Shown: piece after piece, positions 12,294-25,160 of the stretch
Position numbering within the stretch: the first letter of the stretch is position 1
Layout: each line of letters opens with the position of its first letter
Source: Haliotis cracherodii
Lineage: Eukaryota
Assembly (NCBI RefSeq): GCF_022045235.1
Contig: NW_027266266.1
Span: forward strand, 17,732,001-17,796,000
Length of the DNA: 64,000 nucleotides
Direction: 5' to 3'
Made by a program: the position numbers and the translations under genes
The notes under the pieces: model-generated
Told to the model about the DNA's origin: nothing
Databases searched by the model: none
The model's input: the letters and a program-made list of their open reading frames with translations, nothing else

Positions 12294-13423
12294 CAGGTCA
12301 TTGAACACAGCCTTGGTATAAGAGGTCACTATTAATAGTGTTACACCTCGCAACGGAGATGTCATCGTGACATCATACACAAAACCTTGCATCACAACGT
12401 TGTGACTTGATAATTACACTATCTGTGTAACATTAACATCATTAAACTGGGTCAACAGTTTTAAAATAGGTCGCCGTAATTTCTTATTCAGTTCTAGGAT
12501 TAAACATCAGACAAAATACAACCAGTTTTGAAGGGTTAACACACTTCTCAGCAAAACAAAATATGGTCTCAAAATTTTCAAAACATATTTACATTTCCAC
12601 TGACCTCGAAATGTAAATATCACATAGTCAAGTCTGACGGTAAAACTCAACACTATTCTTGCACAATGCAAATACGCTTGCCCTAAATATTACTAGGCAC
12701 CCCCTTTCCCAAATCACGCTGTCTACATTATGGGCAACCACAGCTGTGAATTTGTCCCTCACTGCAATAATACAGTTTCTATGACAGCACTATTTACACA
12801 GTTTGTTACATCCAGGTTTTACTCTTTATACTTCAAGGACAGTTTTACTTTCTTCATATGTCTTCAGGACTACTTCCTTACGGTATAACATATTGGGATT
12901 ACAGTGTGAACTACCAAAACTACAATCGCAGTCGGTCCTCAACGCAATAGATGGTACAATGTGCAAGTCAGTCCTCAATATATTTTGATCCCCAATAGCC
13001 TATGCTGGGTCGTAGGAGGTGATTTCGTGGATCGTGTGGTCAGGCTCGGTCACGTAGTTGATTGTGTTATCATACCCTGTGAGATTATGATCATAATATC
13101 AATCTTTAAATGCCGGGTCCAAACTTAATTGTTTCTTTACGGCATTAAACGGCATTCACACACAATCATCCAAAAGAAGCTTCATGTTGGTGCTTTTGGT
13201 AAGTGGAATTGTGTGGATTTGATGCTCATGATGTCAATCACTGGATTGAAAGCATTATTATTATTTTCATGATACATGTATTTTTTTTCTCTTTTCTGCT
13301 TCAATTTTAAATGATATCATCAATACTAATACTGTCAAATGATACAATAAAGGTCACATCAGTTTTTAGCAATCACTGCACAGGCAGAGACAGACACATC
13401 TACAGACATATACACACAGACAG

Positions 13424-13758
13424 AGGTGAGGTGAGGTAAAATGGGGTTTAACGTCGCGTCCAAGATTATTGCACTTATATAGCGACGTGCATGCACGTTT
13501 GTGTGTGTCTGCTTGTACTAGTCCTGACCGATGCCGATTTATAGTGCTAACCCACTGAGATACCAAGCCGCAGTTTAACGTGTATACCCCACTCAGACAC
13601 GGTGTACTGACCAGTCCTTGTTTTAGCCCCATAATGCCGAGCGCCAGACAGGGTAACAACAAGTACCATCTTTTATCGTCTTTTGGTATTATTCAGCCGG
13701 TGATCGAACCCCGGATCTTGCGCTCCCCGGGCAGACGCTCTACCTTATAGAGGCGGTT
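13424..13758 (-). mobile_element. tRNA-derived SINE family 3
   Basis: High similarity to 5410-5775. Confidence 0.85.
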
Positions 13759-14722
13759 GTGAATATATGAGGTATTTTTAATGGCCAAAATGTCTTTTTT
13801 AATGTCAAAATTAATTTCTAAAAATATGTTTCCCTCCATCAGTTTGATAATACATTGTAATATTCTATTGGTTTTGTTTATACAATACTACCATACTACC
13901 ACTACTAGTCACAACACATAATGCGGTTTGGAAAAAAAAAATTCTTCTGCTTGTTAACTTGAACTTACACTTTCTGGTTCCCGAATGGCTTTGGCGATGA
14001 CATTTGAGGTTTCCAACAAAAAAACCCTTTGGGATGGCACTTGCTGGCAGATTCGTGAACAGAAGAAAAACAGGCATGGCTTTAATGACTCCGACACTCA
14101 AGCTTTTCTGCTACCACACACTGCTGTCATCGCTTGATAAATCGAGAGCTCAGTTGTGGAACTTCTGAAGCGCGTTCACACTCTTGGGCAGTGATGACTT
14201 AGCATTACACCACTGCCACAAGGGCAATTTGCATATCACGTGACCGAAGCTGAAGCTTTTTTGCTGACAAACACCGCTGTGCTCGCTTTTTTAAATGGAG
14301 AGCTTCTTTGTCGAGCTTCTGTCGTTCTGATGTGCGTTGTTGTGACAGGTTCAAGCTACCCTGCACTTTAATCCGCGAGAATGCGCTCACACAATATTAA
14401 CATGAGTTGGCACATTATGCGAATCTGGATGCAGTACCTGTTCGTATGTGTACAATCCTGATCGGATTCGGTTTCAGAACAGGTTTTGTTTGTTGTTTTG
14501 CTTGTCATTTGTGTTAACTGAACATGGGGCGAGGCTCCCTGACTTTGTAGAGTCCATATCTGGTCACAATGTCTTATGACGGATAAAATAAAACTCACTC
14601 CACCACTCGTGGTGTGTCTAGACTTGAGATGTTTCTTTCTTTATGTGATATTTTTATCAGCTTTTATTATCAAATAGAAGTTGTCAGAAATATTGTTTCA
14701 ATAGAGTGATTAGGATTATGAT

Positions 14723-16034
14723 ACTGGGTGACTGGGTGACTCTGTGACTCTGTGACTCGGTTACTCGGTGACTCGGTGACTCAGTGACTTCGTGACTCGG
14801 TGACTCGGTGACATCTGTGCCTCGGTGACTCTGTTACTCGGTGACACTTTGACTCTGTTACTCGGTGACTCTGTGACTCTGTTATTCGGTGACTCTGTGA
14901 CTAAGTGACTCAGTGACTTGGTGACTCTGTGACTCGGTGACATCTGTGCCTCGGTGACTCTGTTACTCGGTGACTCGGTGACTCGGTGACTTTGTTACTC
15001 GGTGACTCTCTGACTTGGTGACTCGGTGACTCTGTTACTCGGTGACTCTTTGACTCGGTGACTCTGTTACTCGGTGACTCTGTGACTCGGTGACTCTGTT
15101 ACTCGGTGACTCGGTGACTCGGTGACTCTGTGACTCTGTTACTCTGTTACTCTGTGACACTGTGACTCTGTGACTCGGTGTCTCTGTGACTCTGTGACTC
15201 GGTGACTCTGTACCTCGGTGTCTCTGTGACTCTGTTACTCTGTTACTCGGTGACTCTGTTACTCAGTGACTCTCTGACTTGGTGACTCGGTGACTCGGTG
15301 ACTCTCTTACTCGGTGACTGGGTGACTCTGTGACTCTGTTACTCGGTGACTCGGTGACTCTGTGACTCTGTGAATCTGTTACTCTGTGACTCTGTGACTC
15401 TGTGACTCTGTGCCTCGGTGTCTCTGTGACTCTGTTACTCGTTGACTCTGTGACTCTGTTACTCTGTTACTCTGTTACTCTGTGACTCTGTTACTCTGTT
15501 ACTCTGTGACTCTGTGACTCTGTGACTCTGTGCCTCGGTGTCTCTGTGACTCTGTGACTCTGTTACTCTGTGACTCTGTTACTCGTTGACTCTGTGACTC
15601 TGTTACTCGGTGACTCTGTTACTCTGTGACTCGGTGACTCGGTGACTCGGTGACTCTGTTACTCGGTGACTCTGTTACTCTGTGACTCGGTGACTCTGTT
15701 ACTCGTTGACTCTGTGACTCTGTTACTCGGTGACTCTTTGACTCTGTGACTCTGTTACTCGGTGACTCTGTTACTCTGTGACTCTGTGGCTCTGTGACTC
15801 TGTGCCTCGGTGTCTCTGTGACTCTGTGACTCTGTTACTCTGTGACTCGTTGACTCTGTGACTCTGTTACTCGGTGACTCTGTTACTCTGTGACTCGGTG
15901 ACTCGGTGACTCGGTGACTCTGTTACTCGGTGACTCTGTTACTCTGTGACTCGGTGACTCTGTGACTCGTGACTCGGTGACTCTGTTACTCTTTGACTCT
16001 TTGACTCTGTGACTCAGTGACTCTGTGACTCGGT
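14723..16034. repeat. 8-bp satellite (GTGACTCG / GTGACTCT / GTTACTCT)
   Basis: Direct inspection, ~1.3 kb. Confidence 0.98.
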
Positions 16035-17052
16035 CGATTGTGTGTTATCGTATCCCAATTGTGTGGATTACCCATATAAGTCACTGGATTAAAAGCATAA
16101 TTATTCTTTTCATTATACATGTATTTATTGTTTTTATCTATTTTCTAATTCAATTTACATGATATCATTAATAGTAATACTGTCAAATGGTGCAATAATG
16201 CAATATTAGTTACATCAATTTATAGCAATCACTGCACAGGCAGAGACAGACACATCTAAAGACAGAGAGAAAGACACTTGAACAGACACACACACACACT
16301 CACACACACATGCACACACGCACGCACACACGCACACAAACGCATGCGCGATTCTTTTGATGTCAGTGTATTCCGTATGGTGGGTCTGGCCTTACAATTA
16401 GTTCCCAGGTTCAAATCCCACTTAGGCAAAATTATTTGACTTTAACTACAAGTATATCATTTTTTGTATTCTAGCAACACCATTGTGCATTGGACTTGAT
16501 TCATAATCTTAATCACACTATTGAAACACTATTTCTGATCGCTTTTATTTGATAAGTGAAAGCTAATAAAAAATATCATAGAAACATAAACACCAGGATA
16601 TGCCATGAGTGGCGGAGTGAGTCAGCACCATTGTATCTGTATCATAAGACATTGGGACAAGGTATGAACCAGGTATGAACCGGTTACATGTATGAACCGG
16701 GTATGCAAATTCATGGAGCCTAACCCCAATCACAGATTACACGAATGACAAGCAAAACAACAAACACGGCATGACTATACTGACTATACAAACTTTTCTG
16801 CTGACACAGACCACTGTCCTCGTGGAGAGCTTCGCTGTCGAAATTCTGAAGCGCGCTCACACACCCGCGCAATGATGACTTAGCATTACACAACTGCCAC
16901 AACTTTAAGCCTTTCGGTGCGCTTACATTTTGTTTACATATCACCCCACGGGAATGCGCTTACACCAGATTAACATGTGTTGGCATTTTATGCGAATCTG
17001 CATGAAGTACTTGACTTGAAACTTTGACTGAACAGAAAACTATTGTCTAACA
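16035..17052 (-). pseudogene. MIF relic (copy 3): intron-1 fragment, start ATGCC, 5'UTR and promoter; body of exon 1 replaced
   Basis: 16035-16280 matches 6895-7060 and 13205-13420; 16768-16900 (ggcatgactatactgact...caaacttttctgc) matches the MIF 5' region at 7650-7800. Confidence 0.7.
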
Positions 17053-17089
17053 CATAAGATAAATTCATAATGACCTGGGCAGGCTGGGC

Positions 17090-18735
17090 TTAGAAAAGGA
17101 TTTAGAACATCTGATAATGTGTATGTTATCAATGCTTTGATTTAAAAATACTTATTTTCACACAAAGAAGATTCTATTGTGCGTTCATCAGCGTTCTTTT
17201 CAGTGTGTAGGACAAATATATTTTACAAACTCTGGAGGTAATGTTAACGGGAAAATATTTAGAATACTTAAAAATATGTATTAAAATAATATGAAAATGT
17301 TAAATCTTGTATATTTGTTAATGGTGGCTATACAGATTTCTTCCATTGCCAGTCAGGTGTACGACAAGGATGTGAGTTGTCTCCCTTTCTGTTTTTATTC
17401 TTTGTAAATGATATTGTTGATTTTCTTAATTCAGACGGGCAACGTAATATCCAATTAGGAATGATTTAACTTTTTATTCTAATGTTTGCAGATGATATGA
17501 TCTTTATTCGATAGTACAGTCGTGGGGTTGCAAAGACGTCTCGACAAAATGAAGATTTATTGTCATAAATGGGAATTGCCTATTAATATAAGCAAAAGTC
17601 AAGTTATTGTCTTTAGGCCTTGTGGTCGTCTTCGAAGACGTGGAAAGTTTTGGTTTGGCACTGACATTATAGAGATTGTTCCTACTTATAAATATTTAGG
17701 TGTTCATCTTTTATCATCCTGTAGTTGGTACCTTACACAGAAGACACTAGCACTACAAGCGATGAAATATCTTCTCGCTTTAAAATCAGGCTCAAAGGAT
17801 TTTATGAAACTTCCTTATAATGTACTTTTACAGATATTTGATGTCAAAATACTACCTGTTCTTCTCTACTGCTCAGAGCTATGGGGCTTTCATCCGTCTC
17901 AGGATGTCATCAATGTACATGATAGATTCTGTAAGAATAGTTTACAATATGGGATATTTGTCGCCAATATAGTTGCTCGTGGTGAGCTTGGATGCTACTC
18001 ACTTAAAGTCAATCAGCATGTTCGTCAAATTGTCAAATATTGGCTCCGACTTGTATCTTAAAAGACTAATATAATCCTTAGAAATGCTTATTCATATCAA
18101 AACAATCTGGCAGAAAAAGTAATAAATTGCTGGGCACTAAAAGTAAAACAACTTTTTCATAATTATTCATATGGTTTTGGCAATGTTTTGGATAGCCAAG
18201 GAGTAAATCATATTTGTTTTATTGCTAACTTTAAAATAATATGTATTGATATAGATAACCAACAGTGGTCTAGCAGTTTAAGAACTTACTCAAAACTTTC
18301 TTTTTATTCTTGTATTAAGCAATATAATGTATTTGAAAATTATCGAGATTGTATTTCGGTAAGTGCCTATCGTATTGATTTGAGTAAATGGAGATGTCAT
18401 ACTTTACTCATTGAAAATGGAAGAAAGTACAATATACCTAGAGCTATGAGACAATGTCCATTTTGTGTAAGACCTGAAGTGGAATCTGAAAATCATTTTT
18501 GTTTACAATGTCCATATTATGATAGTTTGAGACGTAATGTTCTACCTTATTATTTTGATAAATTTGTTACACTCTGTACATCTAAAACCCCATTCATAAT
18601 TAATGCTTTAGCTTAATTCATATTTCTTGCTTTATAACTATATAACTTTCTCATTGGCGCTGTAATTGTCTAATTCTGATATCATGTATTGTATAATGGG
18701 CCGGTGGCACCTTTACTGAAATAAAGCTCTCTCTC
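17090..18735 (+). mobile_element. Decayed 5'-truncated non-LTR retrotransposon (L2/CR1-group; RT plus C-terminal Cys/His motif)
   Basis: GVRQGCELSPFLF, MFADD, GLQRRLD..YCHKWELPINISKS, YKYLG, CPFC..ESENHFCLQCP; stops and frameshifts; aataaa near the end. Confidence 0.9.
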
Positions 18736-18930
18736 TATAGGCATCCGAATGATTATGATGTTGAAAAGTGCCATATCAAATCGGCCTTGACCTTGTTCTG
18801 TGCTGAGTCCTAAGCTTGGGTGAAGTCGGCTGGTGAAAGAGAAGGCTTTCCGTTTGCTGCTCAGGGCCAGTCACTTCCCACTTTAAACCTTCAATGTGGG
18901 ATTTTGTATCAAAATGTAAATACGAAATGA

Positions 18931-19390
18931 AGAATATGCAATGAATTTAATGAGACTGTCCAACACAGTCATTGTCAGTGGATGCCCAGCCTTGCCACAA
19001 ACACAGTATCTTCATGCCATGACGGTGTAGCTCGATCATTTTATTACCGTCTTCGCTTGTGGTTTTGACACAAAGGTCCATTCATGGTACGACCCAGAAT
19101 ATGTAGAAGAAATGATAAATGCAACTATCTTTGGAATAGCGCGTGTACTGCCTCAGACATATCCAGGCCAACAAACCTGATCTTTTCCTTTTCGATAGAT
19201 CCAATTGAATCATTCTTATGATTGAATTTTCCGTCCCTTTTGATACTAATGTGATTGACAAGATTCAGGAAAAGCATGGTAAATATGCGGACCTCGCGTT
19301 CGAAATGCTAGCTTCCATCCCAAGTGACAAGTTGTCCGACTCCCCATTGTTCTCGGTGCCTTGGGTTTGGTACCTCCTAATCTGTTGATA
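18931..19390 (+). mobile_element. R4/Dong-like non-LTR retrotransposon fragment (CCHC knuckle and restriction-like endonuclease)
   Basis: Frameshifted RICNEFNETVQH..VSGCP, HDGVAR, ANKPDLFLFD, IEFSVPFDTN, EKHGKYADL, PIVLGALG. Confidence 0.8.
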
Positions 19391-19392
19391 GA

Positions 19393-19740
19393 TGTCATCA
19401 CACCCCAACAGTGTGTATCGATGCTTGTGTGTCATCGCATCCCAACAGTGTGTATCGATGCTTGTGTGTCATCGCATCCCAACAGTGTGTATCGATGCTT
19501 GTGTGTCATCGCATCCCAACAGTGTGTATCGATGCTTGTGTGTCATCGCATCCCAACAGTGTGTATCAATGCTTGTGTGTCATTGCACCCAAACAGTGTG
19601 TATCAATGCTTGTGTGTCTTTGCATCCCAACAGTGTGTATCAATGCTTGTGTGTCATCGCATCCCAAAAGCGTGTATCATCGCACCCGGTGCTTGTGTGC
19701 CATCTTGTACCAAGAGTGTGTATCAGTGTTTGTGCTGTCA
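19393..19740. repeat. 37-bp minisatellite
   Basis: atgcttgtgtgtcatcgcatcccaacagtgtgtatcg with period 37 (19421, 19458...). Confidence 0.95.
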
Positions 19741-21874
19741 ATCACTGATGTGTGTTTGTCGTTTGACGACACACTCAGCAGTAGTCCAGTTACATGACAG
19801 CGAATCAAGTCTGGACCAGACAATCTTGTGATTGATATTGTGAGCAGCGAACCCCTCATGGTCGGGGTACGTTGTCACGCCATCAACCAAGTCACTGAGT
19901 CTGACCTCTGGTCCATTAAGTCACCTCCTACAACCAGCATAGGTTGTTGGGGACCTATTCTAACCCCGGAATCCCCATGGGATCAATCACTGGCTGACAT
20001 ATAGCGCTGATCATATTTACGGGCGTTGTACAGCTGGAATAATACTGACTACAGGGTAAAACAACATTCACTCACATAGTTGAGTGAATGACTGACTAAG
20101 TTGAGTGAATGACTGACTAAGTTGAGTGAATGACTGACTAAGTTGAGTGAATGACGGAGTAAGTTGAGTGAATGACTGACTAAGTTGAGTGAATGACTGA
20201 CTAAGTTGAGCGTGAATGACTGACTAAGTTGAGTGAATGACTGACTAAGTTGAGTGAATGACTGACTAAGTTGAGTGAATGACGGAGTAAGGTGAGTGAA
20301 TGACGGAGTAAGGTGAGTGAATGACGGAGTAAGGTGAGTGAATGACGGAGTAAGGTGAGTGAATGACTAAGTTGAGTGAATGACTGAGTAAGGTGAGTGA
20401 ATGACGGCATAAGTTGTGTGAATGACTGAGTGAGGTGAGTGAATGACTGACTAAGTTGAACGAATGACTGAGTAAGGTGAGTGAATGACGGAGTAAGGTG
20501 AGTGAATGACTGAGTGAGGTGAGTGAATGACTGAATGAGGTGAGTGAATGACGGAGTAAGGTGAGTGAATGACGGAGTAAGGTGAGTGAATGACTAAGTT
20601 GAGTGAATGACGGAGTGAGGTGAGTGAATGACTGAGTAAGTTGTTAACGATTGAATAAGTACAGTACATGTTCATGAAAAACCCAATAGTGGACGAATAT
20701 TGTGCCTAAATTAGCCAATGCAGCATTTTAAGTTTGTATTTCCGTATTTCTTTACAGATCGTTTCTGCAGATCGAATAAAGGCATCATGCATACAAAAGT
20801 AACCTGAAACAGCATCCAAAGCAGAATTATTGTTTAAAAAGGTCTACCCGTACTCATTGGTTCAAAGAAGTACAATATGTTGAATACCCAAAGAGAACTG
20901 TCAATACCCAATATGAATGATAATGTGAGTGAATACCCAATGGCCCTAAACATGTATCTGCAGCACAAGTACATATTGGAAGTTTTATGGTAGTGGTGCA
21001 TTTCCTCCATTAAACGCCATTACGTTTACTTAGTTCAGACATTCTTTAACCCCGGCGTTTAATCGAGGCCCTGCGTTTATAATTTCATCTAATTATTTCC
21101 TCAGACCCATCTTCGTAGTTTAAACGTTTTCTAAAATGCTTCTATAGTTGACATACTATGCGTTGATAATTCCATGCATAAAAACTACCCGGTGGCGTTA
21201 AATCGAAACCTGGCGTTTATTGTTACAAGATACTCCGTACCCCAACGTTTTGTCAAGGACTGTGTTTAATCGAGGAATTACGGTAACCTGCATCCATCCA
21301 GGCTGTTGAACAAACTCGTGTTATGAGAGGCCATTACTTACTTCCAACATATTTGAGACTTACTTACTTTACTTCCAACATATTTGAGACTTACTTACTT
21401 TACTTCCAACATATTTGAGACTTACTTACTTTACTTCCAACATATTTGAGACTTACTTACTTTACTTCCAACATATTTGAGACTTACTTACTTTACTTCC
21501 AACATATTTGAGACTTACTTACTTTACTTCCAACATATTTGAGACTTACTTACTTTACTTCCAACATATTTGAGACTTACTTACTTTACTTCCAACATAT
21601 TTGAGACTTACTTACTTTACTTCCAACATATTTGAGACTTACTTTACTTCCAACATATTTGAGACTTACTTTACTTCCAACATATTTGAGACTTACTTTA
21701 CTTCCAACATATTTGAGACTTACTTTACTTCCAACATATTTGAGACTTACTTTACTTCCAACATATTTGAGACTTACTTTACTTAACTTTACTTAACTTT
21801 ACTTAACTTTACTTCCAACATATTTGAGACTAACTTTACTTAACTTTACTTAACTTTACTTAACTTTACTTAAC

Positions 21875-21934
<60 letters not shown>

Positions 21935-21990
21935 TAGATCTTGATAGACCCCAGCTATCTGGTACATGTCACATCTATTGTTAAAGCTAT
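19740..21990 (-). pseudogene. MIF relic (copy 4): 3' flank fused to intron 1, exons 3 and 2 deleted
   Basis: 19740-20078 matches 470-800, then jumps into the intron-1 satellite; 20690-21355 and 21936-21990 match ~3490-3700 and ~4050-4505. Confidence 0.75.
21336..21934. repeat. Compound minisatellite: 31-bp, then 27-bp, 10-bp and (TACT)n units
   Basis: tacttactttacttccaacatatttgagact x~8, then shortened units. Confidence 0.95.
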
Positions 21991-22391
21991 TTGACGAAAG
22001 GGAAACGCCAGTTCAACATCAAATGCAATCTGCAATTATGAATAGGAATGATGTCACACTGAAAATAGATATAAGCGGTGATGGACCAGCAACGGTAACA
22101 CATATAAACTGGTTGAGAGCGTGAAATAGGGTCACACAGCCAGTCGTCTGTCAACTGTGTAAACAAATGCTTCTGAATAACGCAGCGGCCTACTTATCAT
22201 TCCATGAGCTCCTCATTTTGAATAAAGGAAACATTCCAGTATTTCCACGAGGTCATACACATACACAGGTAGGGTTTTGTGAATGAATGTAACCGAGTCC
22301 CGCTCAATAGTTATGAATGGCTCGGCAGTAGGTAAATACAAAAGCTCTGCTCACATCGTCACATCGTTTAAGTCTCATTTCACATGCAACC

Positions 22392-23125
22392 ATGCCGGCT
22401 GATGGTTTGAAAGTTTATTTGTATGATATTTATTTTAATTCAAAACACCCAGCCTCCTCTGGTCCCAACCAGCTGTATCACGTTGTGAAAAGGGATGCGA
22501 AATTTGATATCAGTTACATCACGTTAAGAAGTGGATGCCTATTCACTGCAATGACCTTTACATTACAGATTCAAACGAAAATGGGTCGTGTCTTCAGGCT
22601 TACTTAATCGATGGGACATTGATTTGGCTGATGTCTCCAATATAGCTTCAGAAAATGAAGGAATCAGATACCTACTCACAGCTATCAACGTGTTAACAAG
22701 GTATATGTGGGTCGAACCGTTGAGAAATAAAAAGACCTGAATCATTCAGGCCTTGGAGAAGATGTTCTCTCAGGCAACACTGCCTAAGACTATAAGATCG
22801 GATAAAGAGGTAGAATATAATAATAATCATGTGGAAGCCTTTCTAGAAAGTAACGAAATAACCTATTATGCGACACAGAATGAAACTAAAGCTTCCTTTG
22901 CTGAACGAGTGATCAGATCATTGGAAACAACTATGTACAGGTATTTTACTTACAAACAGAGCTATTTTTATGAGGATATGTTACAAGACTTGGTGAATGA
23001 TTATAATCATAGACCTCACAGATCATTAAATGAACGTTCGCCTAAGGACATAAACAAGACTAATGAAGCTTTAGTATTGAAAGAACAATACATTGATTCT
23101 CTGGGAAAAAAAACATTTAAAACAT
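22392..23125 (+). mobile_element. Polinton/Maverick-type retroviral-like (rve) integrase relic
   Basis: IYFNSKHPAS, WDIDLAD, YLLTAINVLTRYMWVEPLRNK, IRSDKEVEY, ETKASFAERVIRSL, YNHRPHRSL; stops and frameshifts; cut off by a minisatellite. Confidence 0.85.
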
Positions 23126-24250
23126 CGCACCCCGAGTCGGAGTATCAGTGCATGTGTGTCATCACTCACCAAAAGTGTGCATCAGTGCGTGTGTGTCATC
23201 ACTCACCAAAAGTGTGTATCGGTGCTTGTGTGTCTTCGCACTCAACAGTGTGTATCAGTGCTTGTGTGTCATCACTCCCCAAAAGTGTGTATCGGTGCTT
23301 GTGTGTCTTCGCACTCAACAGTGTGTATCGGTGCTTGTGTGTCATCGCACTCAACAGTGTGTATTGGTGCTTGTGTGTCATTGCACTCAACAGTGTGTAT
23401 CGGTGCTTGTGTGTCATTGCACTCAACAGTGTGTATCGGTGCTTGTGTGTCATTGCACTCAACAGTGTGTATCGGTGATTGTGTGTCATTGCACTCAACA
23501 GTGTGTATCGGTGCGTGTGTGTAATCACTCCCCGAAAGTGTGCATCAGTGCGTGTGTGTCATCACTCACCAAAAGTGTGTATCGGTGCTTGTGTGTCTTC
23601 GCACTCAACAGTGTGTATCGGTGCTTGTGTGTCATCACTCTCCAAAAGTGTGTATCGGTGCTTGTGTGTCTTCACACTCAACAGTGTGTATCGGTGCTTG
23701 TGTGTCATCGCACTCAACAGTGTGTATCGGTGCTTGTGTGTCATCGCACTCAACAGTGTGTATCAGTGCTTGTGTTTCATCACTACTCGACAGTGTGCAT
23801 CGGTGCTTGTGTGTCACCGCATTCAAGAGTGTGTATCAGTGCTTGTGTGTCATCGCACTCAACAGTGTGCATCGGTGCTTGTGTGTCACCGCATTCAAGA
23901 GTGTGTATCGGTGCTTGTGTGTCATTGCACTCAACAGTGTGTATCGGTGATTGTGTGACATCGCATCCAACAGTGTGTATAGTTACTTGTTTGTCATTGC
24001 ATCCAACAGTGTGTATTTGTGCTCGTGTGTCATTGCATCCAACAGTGTGTATTTGTGCTTGTGTGTCATCGCACTCAACAGTGTGTATCGGTGCTTGTGT
24101 GTCATCGCACTAAACAATGTGTATTGGTGCTTGTTTGACATCGCATCCAACAGTGTGTATCGGTGCTTGTGTGACATCGCACCCAACAGTGTGTATCGGT
24201 GCTTATGTGTCATCGCACCCAAAAAGTGTGTTTCGCTACTTGTGCTGTCA
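23125..24250. repeat. 36-bp minisatellite (same family as the 37- and 38-bp arrays)
   Basis: cggtgcttgtgtgtcattgcactcaacagtgtgtat with period 36 (23401, 23437...). Confidence 0.95.
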
Positions 24251-24946
24251 ATCACTGGTTTGTGTTTGTTGTTTGACGCCGCAATCAGCAGTAGTCAAGC
24301 TATATGTCAATCATGCCAGCGCGTGTACGAGCGAATTATACAAGAAAATAGTGATGCAAAATATAGCTACATATAGGCATCCAAATAATTATGTTGAAAA
24401 GGGTTTTTGAGCAAAGTGAAAAAATCCTAACATTCCCTTCCTTTACTATATGTACTCTTCAGTAGGTAGTGAAACTCGACCGTCATATAAGAGGCGGTCT
24501 AAATCGTTGTTTAACAAGCGGCATTCCACATTACCTTCTATAAGTGTGGAGCTTGTAAGACAGAGTTAAATTCCTTATTATGAACGATTTTGCTATTTCC
24601 GTGGCTCCAAAAAGTATATAAATATATTTAATGTGAATACCAAGTTATGTTTATATGTGAATACTATGCCACTATAGGAAAAAAGTACCTCTCGCCATAT
24701 TACACTGAATCTCCTCTGATGAAATTCACCTAGCTAATGCAAACAGGTGATAATCTTGTTGTTCATAATATGGATGTGTTCTTGGACAAAGCCTACATAT
24801 ATATACTGTTATATTCTTAACTCCGTCATGTGTGATTTAGGATGTATTAATGTGTTATGGGCAGGTGACCTGTTACTGAATAAATTGTCTGCCTGTCTCA
24901 GTACGAAGTGCGTATTTTATACTGATAGTCTTGTCAAAACAAACGA

Positions 24947-25160
24947 GGGGGCACGGGTGGCCCAGTCGTCTAAGGCGCCGCGATTCGCTGTGCAGAGATG
25001 CGTCCCTTGGGCATGCCAGAAACCTATGATTGTGTGTTTGAATCCCGGTTCGTCCCAATTATGTTTTCTAGGTTTGTCAGCACCATACCCGTGCTCGTGG
25101 GTTTCACCGAAGTGGTAAACGATATAAATGGAATACTGTTGAAAGCGGCGTTAAAACTCA
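24947..25160 (+). mobile_element. tRNA-derived SINE family 2, internally deleted
   Basis: ggggcacgggtggcccagtcgtctaaggcg head; matches revcomp of 26295-26581; absent from paralogous site ~38160. Confidence 0.85.

Larger units (their letters stand above)
10226..14077 (-). pseudogene. MIF: MIF pseudogene (copy 2): exons 14077-13969, 11117-10946, 10303-10226
   Basis: All three exons present, but exon 1 has +1 T (109 bp), exon 2 has -1 (172 bp), exon 3 has -1 G (78 bp) and the exon-3 acceptor is CAC instead of CAG. Confidence 0.92.

Noticed and set aside
19393-19740. Possible CRISPR array (36-38-bp repeats)
   Set aside because: Repeats are contiguous with no unique spacers, no cas genes, and the context is eukaryotic.
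23093-24410. Cys/Val-rich ORFs resembling metallothionein or keratin-associated proteins (also 19361-19831, 33653-34378)
   Set aside because: Open in all three frames over 36-38-bp minisatellites; unit lengths 37 and 38 are not multiples of 3.
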